Shown piece by piece: positions 1 to 8,794 of a stretch of 64,000 nt of DNA. Numbering within the stretch: the stretch's first letter is position 1; the number at the start of each line of letters is the position of its first letter. The stretch is from Minisyncoccota bacterium (GTDB lineage: Bacteria > Patescibacteriota > Minisyncoccia > Phycocordibacterales > UBA2100): contig JALHPE010000001.1 of the NCBI GenBank assembly GCA_022842645.1, positions 7,711 to 71,710 of the forward strand. The letters run 5' to 3'. The notes under the pieces were generated by a model. That model had not been told where the DNA came from and did not search any database. It saw only the letters and a program-made list of their open reading frames with translations. The position numbers and the translations under genes are program-made.

Positions 1-2
1 GC

Positions 3-389
3 GCGGTTACCGGAAGCACAATCCCGCCAACGAAACTTAATACGGTCATCGTACATCAACTCAAGACGATGTTTGGCCTCATACACGCACACCTAAAAAC
101 ACTGAAACGCGACCGTCTTCTTCCTGCGGGAATTGTGCTCACCGGCGGTGGCGCTTCTCTTGGAGCAGCAGTGGATGTTGCCCGCTCGACACTGAAGCTC
201 CCTGCTCAAATTGGACTACCCGCCATGTCCGCGCGCGTATCTCCCCTTGACGCCGCATGGGCCTCAGCGCTTGGCCTGTGTCGATGGGGATATGCCGAGG
301 CGCGCATGAGCACGCAACGCCCGCTTGGCGACCTTTCGCGCGCCATGATGGACGGTATCCGATCGCTGTTCCGTTCGTTCCTTCCATAA
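3..389 (+). CDS. ftsA: Cell division protein FtsA, C-terminal fragment (gene starts upstream of the window)
   Basis: Frame is open from the window edge. The C-terminal motif GIVLTGGGASLGA is typical of the actin-like FtsA C-domain. It lies immediately upstream of ftsZ, the conserved ftsA-ftsZ order. Confidence 0.65.
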   Translation, partial: AVTGSTIPPTKLNTVIVHQLKTMFGLIHAHLKTLKRDRLLPAGIVLTGGGASLGAAVDVARSTLKLPAQIGLPAMSARVSPLDAAWASALGLCRWGYAEARMSTQRPLGDLSRAMMDGIRSLFRSFLP

Positions 390-464
390 CTCACAAAGCG
401 CGAATCGGGAATGCGTTCCCGTCAAGATAGGCACGCGTGCGAGTCATGCTACTATGCCTTCAAC

Positions 465-1691
465 ATGGCAAAGCAAGTACGACCAGATGTGGAATCCTTT
501 GCGCGAATTCGTGTCGTTGGCGTTGGCGGCTCTGGTGGTAACACCATTAACCACATGGTCTCGTCGCATGTGATTGGCGTCGACTTTCTCGCAGTCAACA
601 CTGACGCACAGGATCTCGCAAAATCAAAAGCAAAACGCAAGATTCATATTGGTAGAAACCTTACACGCGGCCTCGGAACCGGCATGGATCCCGATTTGGG
701 AAAGCAAGCAGCTGAAGAGACACGCGAAGAGATCCAGGAAGCACTAAAAGGTTCTGACATGGTGTTTGTTACCTGCGGTATGGGCGGCGGCACTGGAACC
801 GGCGCAGCACCCGCTGTCGCAAAAATTGCACGTGAGCTTGGAGCCCTTACTGTCGGTGTTGTAACAAAGCCTTTTAGTTTTGAAGGCGCTCAACGCGGAC
901 GTCTTGCAGAGCAAGGTATTATGGAGCTCCGCAAATCAGTCGATGCAATCATCATCATTCCCAACGACAAACTCCTCTCCGTTGTCGCAAAAGAAACGGG
1001 CATTAAAAATGCGTTTGCGATGTGCGACGATATCCTGAAACAAGCTGTTGAGGGTATTTCAGATCTCATCACGACGACCGGTATCATCAACGTCGACTTT
1101 GCTGATGTACGTTCAATCATGCACAACGCTGGTTCCGCACTCATGGGTATCGGTATGGCAATCGGTGAGAAACGCGCAGAAACAGCCGCGCGTCTTGCCA
1201 TCAACTCCCCACTTCTTGAAGTGTCCATCAACGGCGCAAAGGGTGTACTCTTTTCTGTCGCAGGTGGTGATGATCTCTCTATGCTCGAAGTGCAAGAAGC
1301 GGCAAATGCGATTACTGAAGCTATTGACCCCGAGGCAAAGGTTATTTTTGGCGCCGTAACAGACGAAACTCTCAAGAAAGGACAAATCAAAGTTACTGTT
1401 ATCGCAACAGGATTCCCAGAAAATGTTGGCGGGCGTGTAGCATATCCGGCACAACCAATGCCTGCACGACTCGCAAAACGTGAGCCCGAAATGCCTCCAG
1501 TAAGAAAAATGGAGCAACCGACCCAAGCTCCTGCATCGACACCCATGCCAGCTCCTCAGATAATAAAAGAATCGACACCCCCCGTGAAAGATCAACAGAA
1601 ACCCCGCGAACTCGCGCCCCAACAAAAGCAGGATGTGAATGAAGAAGATGATATCTGGGGAGGCTTTCCTTCATTTCTTCGCAGGAAATAG
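465..1691 (+). CDS. ftsZ: Cell division GTPase FtsZ
   Basis: Tubulin/FtsZ signatures [14 protein letters not shown] and [10 protein letters not shown], and a C-terminal Pro/Gln-rich tail. The ORF track begins at 411; the ATG at 465 (MAKQVRPD...) gives a canonical N-terminus. Confidence 0.95.
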   Translation: MAKQVRPDVESFARIRVVGVGGSGGNTINHMVSSHVIGVDFLAVNTDAQDLAKSKAKRKIHIGRNLTRGLGTGMDPDLGKQAAEETREEIQEALKGSDMVFVTCGMGGGTGTGAAPAVAKIARELGALTVGVVTKPFSFEGAQRGRLAEQGIMELRKSVDAIIIIPNDKLLSVVAKETGIKNAFAMCDDILKQAVEGISDLITTTGIINVDFADVRSIMHNAGSALMGIGMAIGEKRAETAARLAINSPLLEVSINGAKGVLFSVAGGDDLSMLEVQEAANAITEAIDPEAKVIFGAVTDETLKKGQIKVTVIATGFPENVGGRVAYPAQPMPARLAKREPEMPPVRKMEQPTQAPASTPMPAPQIIKESTPPVKDQQKPRELAPQQKQDVNEEDDIWGGFPSFLRRK

Positions 1692-1771
1692 TCTGTAGAC
1701 TATAGTTTGTAGTCTGTAGTAAAATATAGAGACTTTTTGTTTACTACAAACTACAGTCTACACACTAAAAA
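1691..1771. repeat. Heptad-array palindromic element, copy 1: (NNNGTAG)x4, 25-nt spacer, (CTACNNN)x4, ending 3 nt before the trxB ATG
   Basis: Read directly: gtctgtag actatag tttgtag tctgtag, then a spacer, then ctacaaa ctacagt ctacaca ctaaaaa. The same architecture and long exact matches occur at 62150-62240 and 23488-23524. Confidence 0.6.
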
Positions 1772-1773
1772 CT

Positions 1774-2700
1774 ATGTATGATCTCGCAATTGTTGGTGGT
1801 GGCCCAGCTGGAATATCGGCGGCCGTCTACGCTGCGCGCAAGCGCCTTAAAACAGTGTTGATTACTGATGACTGGGGCGGGCAAAGCACGGTCTCCCCCG
1901 AAATTCAAAATTGGATCGGGGATCCTTCTATCTCTGGTGCTGATCTTGCAAAGAAACTTCGCGGACACGTCGAGAGTTATAAAGGCGAGTGGCTGGAAAT
2001 CGTCTCGCCCCACCGCGCACAAAGTGTTAAGGAAGTTGAAGGAGGTGTCGAAATTTCGTGCACCGATGGCTCAACGCACACTGCTCGCACACTCCTTGTC
2101 GCAAGCGGCTCAAATCGCCGTAAACTTGAGATCCCAGGTGCCAAAGAGTTTGATAACAAAGGCGTCACCTACTGCGCTTCATGTGATGGCCCTCTCTTTG
2201 CTGATATGGATGTTGCGGTAGTGGGAGGCGGAAACGCGGCATTTGAAACCGCTATGCAGCTCCTCGCATATTGCAAAAGTGTCTCGCTCTTTAATCGTTC
2301 CGATGTATTCCGCGCTGACGAGCTCACTGTCGAGAAGGTTTTGAAGCATCCAAAGATGAAAACGTTCACCAACACACAACTGGTTGCGATTGAGGGGGAA
2401 AAGTTCGTCTCTGGCCTGCGCTATAAAGACGCGAACAGTGCAGAGCAGGTACTCCCTGTTGCTGGCATCTTCGTAGAGATTGGACTCGTCCCTAACACTG
2501 CGTGGCTTGGGAGTATCGTAAAAATGAACGAATACAATCAAGTCATTGCCGACCCGTACACCCAGCGCACTTCACACTCTCGTCTCTGGGCAGCGGGAGA
2601 TTGTACCGACGGCAGATATCATCAAAACAACATCGCCGCCGGTGATGCTGTCAAAGCACTCGAAGACATTTACGCTTTTGTGCACAAAGAAAAGAATTAG
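1774..2700 (+). CDS. trxB: Thioredoxin-disulfide reductase
   Basis: FAD motif GGGPAG, redox-active CASCDG, NADPH motif GGGNAA. The 308-aa length fits low-molecular-weight TrxR. Confidence 0.85.
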   Translation: MYDLAIVGGGPAGISAAVYAARKRLKTVLITDDWGGQSTVSPEIQNWIGDPSISGADLAKKLRGHVESYKGEWLEIVSPHRAQSVKEVEGGVEISCTDGSTHTARTLLVASGSNRRKLEIPGAKEFDNKGVTYCASCDGPLFADMDVAVVGGGNAAFETAMQLLAYCKSVSLFNRSDVFRADELTVEKVLKHPKMKTFTNTQLVAIEGEKFVSGLRYKDANSAEQVLPVAGIFVEIGLVPNTAWLGSIVKMNEYNQVIADPYTQRTSHSRLWAAGDCTDGRYHQNNIAAGDAVKALEDIYAFVHKEKN

Positions 2701-2721
2701 ATTCTCCTGCTGAGATATGAG

Positions 2722-2756
2722 AAAAAAGACCCGGCTCTAAGGCCGGGTCTTTCGTT
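2722..2756. terminator. Bidirectional rho-independent terminator between trxB and the convergent channel gene
   Basis: GC hairpin agacccggc-tctaa-ggccgggtct, flanked by A-run and T-run. Confidence 0.6.
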
Positions 2757-3513
2757 ATCGTGAACTCATCAACTTTGTAAGTTCATCGATTTTATCTTCG
2801 AGACTTCGTAACCGTTCACTCGTTGTGTCTTCTTGCATGGCGTTCGCGGCAATACCTACGATCACACTCAGAAGGAGGAAGACTGTGGTCGCAATAAAGA
2901 ACACGAACAGAAGCCATGACCACGGATACACTTCCATGACAGGTCGAGCGACGTCAGACCATGCGTCAAGCGTCATAATCTGAAAGAACGTAAAGAGCGA
3001 TATGAAGAGGTTGCCGAACTTCTCAGGAAACGCTTGGCCAAACATCTGGGATGCCATCACTGCTGCAACATAGTGCAGTAAGACGAGTACGCCAAGTACA
3101 GCTGCGAATCCTCCTATGGCACGCCCAATGCCCGTAACCACATTGCGAAGTGCCGGTACAACAGAAACAAGTCGCAGCGCACGAAGAATACGCAGTGTTC
3201 GTAGTGCCGAGGCGTTTTCAACAAACGGCGCCATGGTCAGCGCGACGATGATGAAGTCGAACCAGTTCCAGCCCTGTTTCCAGTGGAAGAACGCTGCGCG
3301 GTGAACATAGATCCTAAGACTTAGTTCACCCACGAAAAAAACAATAAACGCGAGATCTATTGCGCGCAACAGCGTGCCGTGAGTTTGCATGACGCTGGGG
3401 AAAGTTTCTATTCCTAGCACAAGTGCGTTTAAACAAATCACGGTAATAACCGTTCGTTCAAAGCGCGGATCTTCAATTATCGCGGATATACGTGTAGTCA
3501 TGCGAATCTCCAT
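2755..3513 (-). CDS. Single-domain voltage-gated cation channel (NaChBac/NavAb-like)
   Basis: S4 voltage sensor LRTLRILRALRLV with Arg every third residue. Pore/selectivity filter FFQIMTLDAWSDV (TLxxWSx signature). Six predicted TM segments in 252 aa. Confidence 0.8.
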   Translation of the reverse strand: MEIRMTTRISAIIEDPRFERTVITVICLNALVLGIETFPSVMQTHGTLLRAIDLAFIVFFVGELSLRIYVHRAAFFHWKQGWNWFDFIIVALTMAPFVENASALRTLRILRALRLVSVVPALRNVVTGIGRAIGGFAAVLGVLVLLHYVAAVMASQMFGQAFPEKFGNLFISLFTFFQIMTLDAWSDVARPVMEVYPWSWLLFVFFIATTVFLLLSVIVGIAANAMQEDTTSERLRSLEDKIDELTKLMSSR

Positions 3514-3577
3514 TACCTGCTACCCCAATGGATATATCACGCGCGACCCGAATCTACAACGTATGTGATTGTGGGGG

Positions 3578-3604
3578 GTTATTTTGAGGAGAGGGAGAGA
3601 TTCG
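3578..3604. repeat. Direct duplicate of the 3' end of tRNA-Ser(CGA), copy at 3751-3777; inverted partial copy at 3695-3712
   Basis: ttattttgaGGAGAGGGAGAGATTCG here versus ttatttttgcGGAGAGGGAGAGATTCG at the true tRNA 3' end. The intervening 145 nt carry perfect hairpins (aattcttgtg..cacaagaatt and gcccaacacatgtgttgggc). Confidence 0.5.
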
Positions 3605-3759
3605 GTCACAAATAATTCTTGTGCCGACGCACAAGAATTTCCGCGACCCCGACTCGGCGACCCGCGTGCTCGCGGGTACCCCGCCTCCGTCTTTCGAATC
3701 TCCCCCTCTTCCTGCAAAAATATAGTCGCCCAACACATGTGTTGGGCTCGTTATTTTTG

Positions 3760-3844
3760 CGGAGAGGGAGAGATTCGAACTCTCGAGGCCTTGCGACCTG
3801 GCGGTTTTCGAAACCGCTCGTTTCAACCACTCACGCACCTCTCC
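3760..3844 (-). tRNA. tRNA-Ser (anticodon CGA), type II with long variable arm
   Basis: Folded by hand: acceptor GGAGAGG/CCTCTCC, D-stem CGT/ACG, anticodon stem GCGGT/ACCGC with loop TTCGAAA, variable arm AGGTC-GCAA-GGCCT, T-arm GAGAG-TTCGAAT-CTCTC, discriminator G. Confidence 0.85.
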
Positions 3845-4093
3845 GTAGGCACGATACTAACAGAACATAGGCCTTTTGCACACTTCAAGTTGTTTCCGAT
3901 GGTAAATCCATTTTTCCGGGATGAGAAGTAAGCGCCTCTAGAATGGCGCGACGCAACTTCTCTGCCCCGTCTTCAGGACGGGGTAAATGTTCAAAAGATT
4001 CTTTCACCTTTTAAGCATACCACGTCCTTTAATCCGCCCCCTCCCATACCCTCTTCATAAGTGCCAAAAAGTGTTGTAGTATGCGCCGCGTAA

Positions 4094-4165
4094 GGCCTCA
4101 TCGTCTAACGGCTAGGACAGCGCCTTTTCAAGGCGTTAATCGGGGTTCGATTCCCCGTGAGGTCA
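4094..4165 (+). tRNA. tRNA-Glu (anticodon TTC)
   Basis: Acceptor GGCCTCA/TGAGGTC, anticodon stem GCGCC/GGCGT with loop TTTTCAA, T-arm CGGGG-TTCGATT-CCCCG, 72 nt. Confidence 0.85.
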
Positions 4166-5870
4166 AAGACAGAGATTTATCAACCTTGAATTGTTCAGAA
4201 AGCCTGAAAATAGGCTGTAATTTTGGTGTTCCATTAAGGATTTCGTGGTAGGTTGGTGTTTTCTCAAAAAACAACGACATTAAAGCCCTTCGAGACTGTA
4301 AATCATCAGCCTTTTCGAGTATTTCAGCAGGGTGTTCCATTACGCGCTTTGCGTAACGAATAAAGCCCTTGATTCCTTTTTCGTTTACCTCAATCGTGCC
4401 ACGCTTACTCTCCGCATCTTTGATCTGTACGTCGAGCGCTTCAATCTCTCTTTCAAGCATCTTTCTCGTAATGATGCTTTCTGCAACTTCAAACGCTTTT
4501 AGTTTCTGGGCTTGCTCTGCCTTAAGTTCGCTTACACTCCTGCTGATTGCCGATGACATTTCAACAATGTCTTTCTCTTTCGAGCGATATTTGCGTACCA
4601 ACTTCTCTTCAAGTTTCTCCAAAAAACCCTTTTCAAAGCGAAGATTATCAATGTAGTTTTTAACACACTTCTCAAGATCTGCTTTTCTAACTCTGAATCC
4701 AGAGTGTGCTCGCTTTCCGTTTTTCACTCCTCCACAATGATACGCGGGAAAATGCTTACCTGACTTTCCGCGAGGTGCACTACCCAAAAGTTCCGAGGTG
4801 CAGAATGGGCAAGTAATCACTTTCCACGGATAGTCTGGATTGTTACGTAAACGTTTGGTTTTACCCCACGGAGAATAGTTATAAAGTACCTCCACGCTCC
4901 CATCCCCATGCTCCTTAACGAAAACTTTGCCGCGATTTGCTCGATTAAAAAGATCAACCGAAACCAGTCCATTGAATTCTCGTAGTCGTACTGGTTGATG
5001 CTTTGTCCACGACTCACAAACAATGCCTGCATATTCTGTTTGCGTAATACGTCTTTGTAATTGTTTAACAGTAAGTAATTTGCCGCCCTTCTTTCCAACT
5101 ACGGTCGGATGCTCTTTATTACTCCGATCCCAGCGTCGAGTCGTTAAGGTGCGATATCCCATTGCGTTTATGGTTTTAACAATCTCATTGTCATCAACGC
5201 CAGCCGCGCGCATCTCAAATATTTTTACCCAGTAATGTGATCGCTCTGGATCAGTCGCGCGAATCACACGGTCTTTTCCATCATAGAAAAATCGCTTATT
5301 AATCATTCCGTCTGGCGCACGACGAGTTGCCCATCCTTCTCTGGCATAGCGAATTTGTGCACCAATCATTCTCGTTAAAATCTGTCTTACTTCTTGCTCA
5401 CCATTATAGGCTGTTATCATTTCAGCCGATTCACTTGGGTAGTATTCACTCCACTTATATTTAACCCCAAGGTGTTCAAGTGTGTTACGTTCAGGCTGAA
5501 TTATTCCATATACGTCGCACATTTGAACACCTAATTCAGCAAGTTCGCGCTTCATCCTCTCGTAAACCACATAACCTGCCCTTGTTGCACGATCAATACA
5601 TTTGATAATGTATTTTTTAATGGGCTTATCAGTGTGTATTCGACTACGGATGTACATTTTTACTTCCTCAAAATCTTGTCTTTCTTTAGTGGTTCCGGAA
5701 TGCGGTTTCTTGAAAACCTCTGCAACGATCCAACCACTACGTTCGGCAAACTGTCTTCCAAGTTTTTCCTGATCATCCAAACTGTCGCCCTTAAGTTGGG
5801 AGGGGTCGCTTACACGGCAATCAATTACGCAGTATGTAGGTCTTTCAGTCATACTCCTACATTTTAACAA
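4128..5870 (-). CDS. Large serine recombinase (phage-type integrase)
   Basis: N-terminal resolvase catalytic domain (YCVIDCRVSDPSQ...DQ with the catalytic Ser, ...IDRATRAG), Cys-rich zinc-ribbon (CPFCTSELLG...HFPAYHCGG) and a C-terminal coiled-coil. The 3' end overlaps tRNA-Glu. Confidence 0.85.
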   Translation of the reverse strand: MLKCRSMTERPTYCVIDCRVSDPSQLKGDSLDDQEKLGRQFAERSGWIVAEVFKKPHSGTTKERQDFEEVKMYIRSRIHTDKPIKKYIIKCIDRATRAGYVVYERMKRELAELGVQMCDVYGIIQPERNTLEHLGVKYKWSEYYPSESAEMITAYNGEQEVRQILTRMIGAQIRYAREGWATRRAPDGMINKRFFYDGKDRVIRATDPERSHYWVKIFEMRAAGVDDNEIVKTINAMGYRTLTTRRWDRSNKEHPTVVGKKGGKLLTVKQLQRRITQTEYAGIVCESWTKHQPVRLREFNGLVSVDLFNRANRGKVFVKEHGDGSVEVLYNYSPWGKTKRLRNNPDYPWKVITCPFCTSELLGSAPRGKSGKHFPAYHCGGVKNGKRAHSGFRVRKADLEKCVKNYIDNLRFEKGFLEKLEEKLVRKYRSKEKDIVEMSSAISRSVSELKAEQAQKLKAFEVAESIITRKMLEREIEALDVQIKDAESKRGTIEVNEKGIKGFIRYAKRVMEHPAEILEKADDLQSRRALMSLFFEKTPTYHEILNGTPKLQPIFRLSEQFKVDKSLSLTSRGIEPRLTP

Positions 5871-6113
5871 CTTTTCTTCTTGTAGAAACTATATTCTTCT
5901 CACGAATCCACATATCTAACAGCGTATCTGCAAGATGATCTAACAATATATCCACATTAACATTTAAGTTGTTATCTGACGGATTAGATTTTGTAGCGGT
6001 CAACTGTTGGAGGAAGTTATCTTGACCCGAACTCATAAAGTTCAGGTTCGTGTGTTATGACTCGTTGCGCAAACGAATGTACAAGTTTCTAAAATTCAGT
6101 AAAAAATAAAAGT

Positions 6114-6169
6114 CGGCTATATAGCCGGATAATTTTTTTACGTTTTTTATGAAATCGGCTATATAGCCG
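6114..6169. repeat. Two copies of the perfect 14-bp palindrome cggctatatagccg (6114-6127 and 6156-6169), each followed by a T-run
   Basis: Read directly. They lie in the integrase upstream region of the element. Either tandem terminators or operator sites. Confidence 0.5.
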
Positions 6170-6484
6170 ACTTTTAACTTATCCCCAACATATGGACTTA
6201 TTCATGACAACACAAAGCGGAACCTTAACCGTCAAGAGTTGTTGTGTTGAGCGTACGAAGCAAGTAAACTGTCTACGTTCGCCCTCAAAGCGAACATTTC
6301 AAAACAAAGACCTAAACCCTCGCTTCGGCGGTGGCATGGTCTAAAAGTCGGATGGAGCGTAGGAACCCCGTCATGTGGTTGCTTCATCCGCCGTATCGGG
6401 AAACCGGTGCGTTCGCGTAAGCGAAGACCCGTGGCGGGTTTTGTGTTTTCTAAAATTCCGCCTTTACAAGAAAAGTGAACACAT

Positions 6485-6613
6485 ATGGACTACGATGATC
6501 TGACAAACGAAGTGGAAGAACTTAAAGCGCAAATCTATAAACTGCGTAGTGAATTAAACTTCTTTGCCACATGTTTTGGATTTGTAGTGCTTATGATCCT
6601 GATATGGAAATAA
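6485..6613 (+). CDS. Small hypothetical protein (43 aa) with a C-terminal transmembrane helix
   Basis: ATG..TAA ORF (MDYDDLTNEVEELKAQIYKLRSELNFFATCFGFVVLMILIWK) below the ORF-track cutoff and inside the mobile element. No homology support. Confidence 0.25.
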   Translation: MDYDDLTNEVEELKAQIYKLRSELNFFATCFGFVVLMILIWK

Positions 6614-6623
6614 CTAAACTCCT

Positions 6624-6866
6624 ATGCAATATCTAACCCTCACAATACTCGCAGTCGCTTTCTTTGCAGGGCAAGCGTTTTTAACTCTCACTCTCCAACA
6701 AAAAGAAAGTAACGAGGAGTTTGCAAAACACGTTCAAGAAAAGATCTTTGATGATTGTTTCGACTACTACGCGGCAACCTCACGAGAAAGAGGTATTGAT
6801 AAAACCACAATTCAGACATGCGTAGACAAGACGAGCGATTGGATGAAGTCTATAAACAATCTGTAA
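6624..6866 (+). CDS. Hypothetical small secreted protein (80 aa, N-terminal signal-like helix)
   Basis: ORF-track ORF; hydrophobic N-terminus LTLTILAVAFFAGQAF. Confidence 0.4.
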   Translation: MQYLTLTILAVAFFAGQAFLTLTLQQKESNEEFAKHVQEKIFDDCFDYYAATSRERGIDKTTIQTCVDKTSDWMKSINNL

Positions 6867-6889
6867 ATTTATTCCGCGCGGAATGAGAA

Positions 6890-7276
6890 TTAAGCAAACT
6901 CGGCTTTATCCTCCTCGGCAGGTTCCAACATTTTTGACTGCAACATATCAAGCCGCTCCTGTGCGAGAGTGAGTTCAAACCCTCGCGCATTCCTCCCAAA
7001 TTCGTCTGGACAGCGTTTTTCCAAGTATCGCATGGCAAGATGCGGGTCTCGCTCTAAATTGTCTACAACGGTCTTTTTTGCCTTTAAAATGGGGTTCAGT
7101 TTCCACCTCGCTTTTTGCTCCACAAAGTCTGGGGTTGCCGTCTGATAGTTATACAGCGTTTGTGGTGCAATTTTGGCTGAATTACAGGCTTCTTCGTCTG
7201 TTGCCCCTATCTGAAAAGCGTCTTCGAGTTTTTGGAGTACGCGAGGAGTGATTTTTTTGGGTCTGCCGAGTGTCAT
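6890..7276 (-). CDS. Phage-like HTH DNA-binding protein (terminase-small-subunit-like N-terminus)
   Basis: N-terminus MTLGRPKKITPRVLQKLEDAFQIGATDEEAC resembles the GRPxKYTPE HTH of phage TerS/Nu1-like proteins. Acidic C-terminus. Confidence 0.4.
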   Translation of the reverse strand: MTLGRPKKITPRVLQKLEDAFQIGATDEEACNSAKIAPQTLYNYQTATPDFVEQKARWKLNPILKAKKTVVDNLERDPHLAMRYLEKRCPDEFGRNARGFELTLAQERLDMLQSKMLEPAEEDKAEFA

Positions 7277-7311
7277 ATCACTATTTTACCGGAAATAAAC
7301 ACGCTGATACA

Positions 7312-8598
7312 ATGCTGTCCAATCTACCCACCATGTCTGGATTCCTGAAAACACGAGAAGTCTTTGAAGAAACGTATCGCGTTGACGATTTGTTGGATTT
7401 TTCGAGTGAAATCAATCGTCTTGATTCGGTAATTCAGCAAGCACCTTACTCGGCGTTGGTTGGATACGTGGGACGTTTTGGCTCTGGAAAGAGCACGGCT
7501 ATTTACCAATTGCGTAAACAGTATGAGCAAGCAAAAAAATCTAAGTGGTTTGAGTTTGATGCATGGAAATATCCCGAACGTCGTGATCTGTGGGAGGGCT
7601 TTGTACTCGATATCGCAGATCAAATGGGGAGCAGAAAGAGAGTGAAGAAGCAGATTGACGGCGATACGAAAACATCGAAAACAGTTGGTGCGATCTCTGA
7701 AATCGCACAAGGGCTTGCCGCTTTCACTGGTCTTTCCTACCTCGTCAGCAAATTTGCACACCTATTCGATAAACAACCCATTGAGCGCGTTTTTGAGTTG
7801 CAAGAGATCCTTGTTGCGATGTTCGGCGCAGTAAAAGAAAAAGACATTTTCATTGTGGTCGAGGATATAGATCGATCAGGTGATGCGGGGCAATATTTCC
7901 TGGAAACACTGCGGCAATTTATTAAGAATAACCTCGCTGAAAAGCGCATCGTTATTCTCGTGCCTATCGGCTCAGAAATTTACGACAAAGAAGACGATCT
8001 TCACGACTCCTTGCAAAAAGTACTCGATTACCAGGTGCATTTTGAACCTCGGTCGGTGAAATACTCAAAGTTCCTGGATTATTTTGATGAAAGTACGTTT
8101 CCTGCAACTCACACCGTGCAAGCGAACGTGCAGGATAAATCTCTTTGGCGAGAGCATATTGAAGACTGGTTTGCTCTTGCGGCTCGTAATGGTCTAAACA
8201 TACGAAAGATTAAATCCGCTGTTCGTGAAGCAAACGCCGCCTTTATTGATCTCCGAGCAAAAGAATTTAAACCCGATCCTCGAATTGTACTCGCAATCAC
8301 TCTGCTTAATTATGTTTACACAGAAGGAAAGAAACGATGGGTAACGCGACTTGAAACCAAGCATGATATTACGAGTAATTGTCCTATTTATAATTATCTG
8401 CAAGTTGTCGCGCGTAACCAGCGACTGTCAGAATACCCAGGGCACTGGAGACCAGGAGCAACGCATTTTGTTGAGGATCGAGAGTTAATCCTTCCGGCGT
8501 ATGTGACTGATTCTAGAGCGCCGAACGGAGAGCCGACAGGAAGATTTTGGCTCTCGGATTTTTACTTAATTCCCTTTGGTAGAAATACCCAAGGATAG
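7312..8598 (+). CDS. KAP-family P-loop NTPase
   Basis: Walker A GRFGSGKST followed by the KAP-diagnostic FEFDAWKYPERRDLWEGF, and Walker B IVVEDIDR. The ORF track starts at a GTG at 7270, overlapping the upstream gene; the ATG at 7312 is preferred. Confidence 0.75.
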   Translation: MLSNLPTMSGFLKTREVFEETYRVDDLLDFSSEINRLDSVIQQAPYSALVGYVGRFGSGKSTAIYQLRKQYEQAKKSKWFEFDAWKYPERRDLWEGFVLDIADQMGSRKRVKKQIDGDTKTSKTVGAISEIAQGLAAFTGLSYLVSKFAHLFDKQPIERVFELQEILVAMFGAVKEKDIFIVVEDIDRSGDAGQYFLETLRQFIKNNLAEKRIVILVPIGSEIYDKEDDLHDSLQKVLDYQVHFEPRSVKYSKFLDYFDESTFPATHTVQANVQDKSLWREHIEDWFALAARNGLNIRKIKSAVREANAAFIDLRAKEFKPDPRIVLAITLLNYVYTEGKKRWVTRLETKHDITSNCPIYNYLQVVARNQRLSEYPGHWRPGATHFVEDRELILPAYVTDSRAPNGEPTGRFWLSDFYLIPFGRNTQG

Positions 8599-8794
8599 TA
8601 GATAATATAGTTCGATAGATCATTGGGTACATAAAATTCAGTGCTTCTATTGCTCAAATACCTTGTTTTATGTGACAAATTCAGTACCCGATGATCCAAT
8701 ACGTACAAGGCTAAATACCTGATTCCAGTGCAAAACAGTATTTTCTATAGTGTTCCAGTCAAAGTACAATGGGCTCAAATCGAACGAAGTGAGG

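Noticed and set aside
890-1546. 218-aa minus-strand ORF
   Set aside because: Antisense to ftsZ.
1691-1771. Possibility that the heptad arrays are a CRISPR array
   Set aside because: Units are 7 nt with no spacers of regular length and no cas genes. The architecture is an inverted pair of four-unit arrays, not a direct-repeat or spacer series.
3554-3931. Short ORFs (3554-3838 minus, 3569-3931 plus with a TTG start, 3619-3870 plus)
   Set aside because: They overlap tRNA-Ser(CGA) and its duplicated 3'-end repeats, so they are non-coding.
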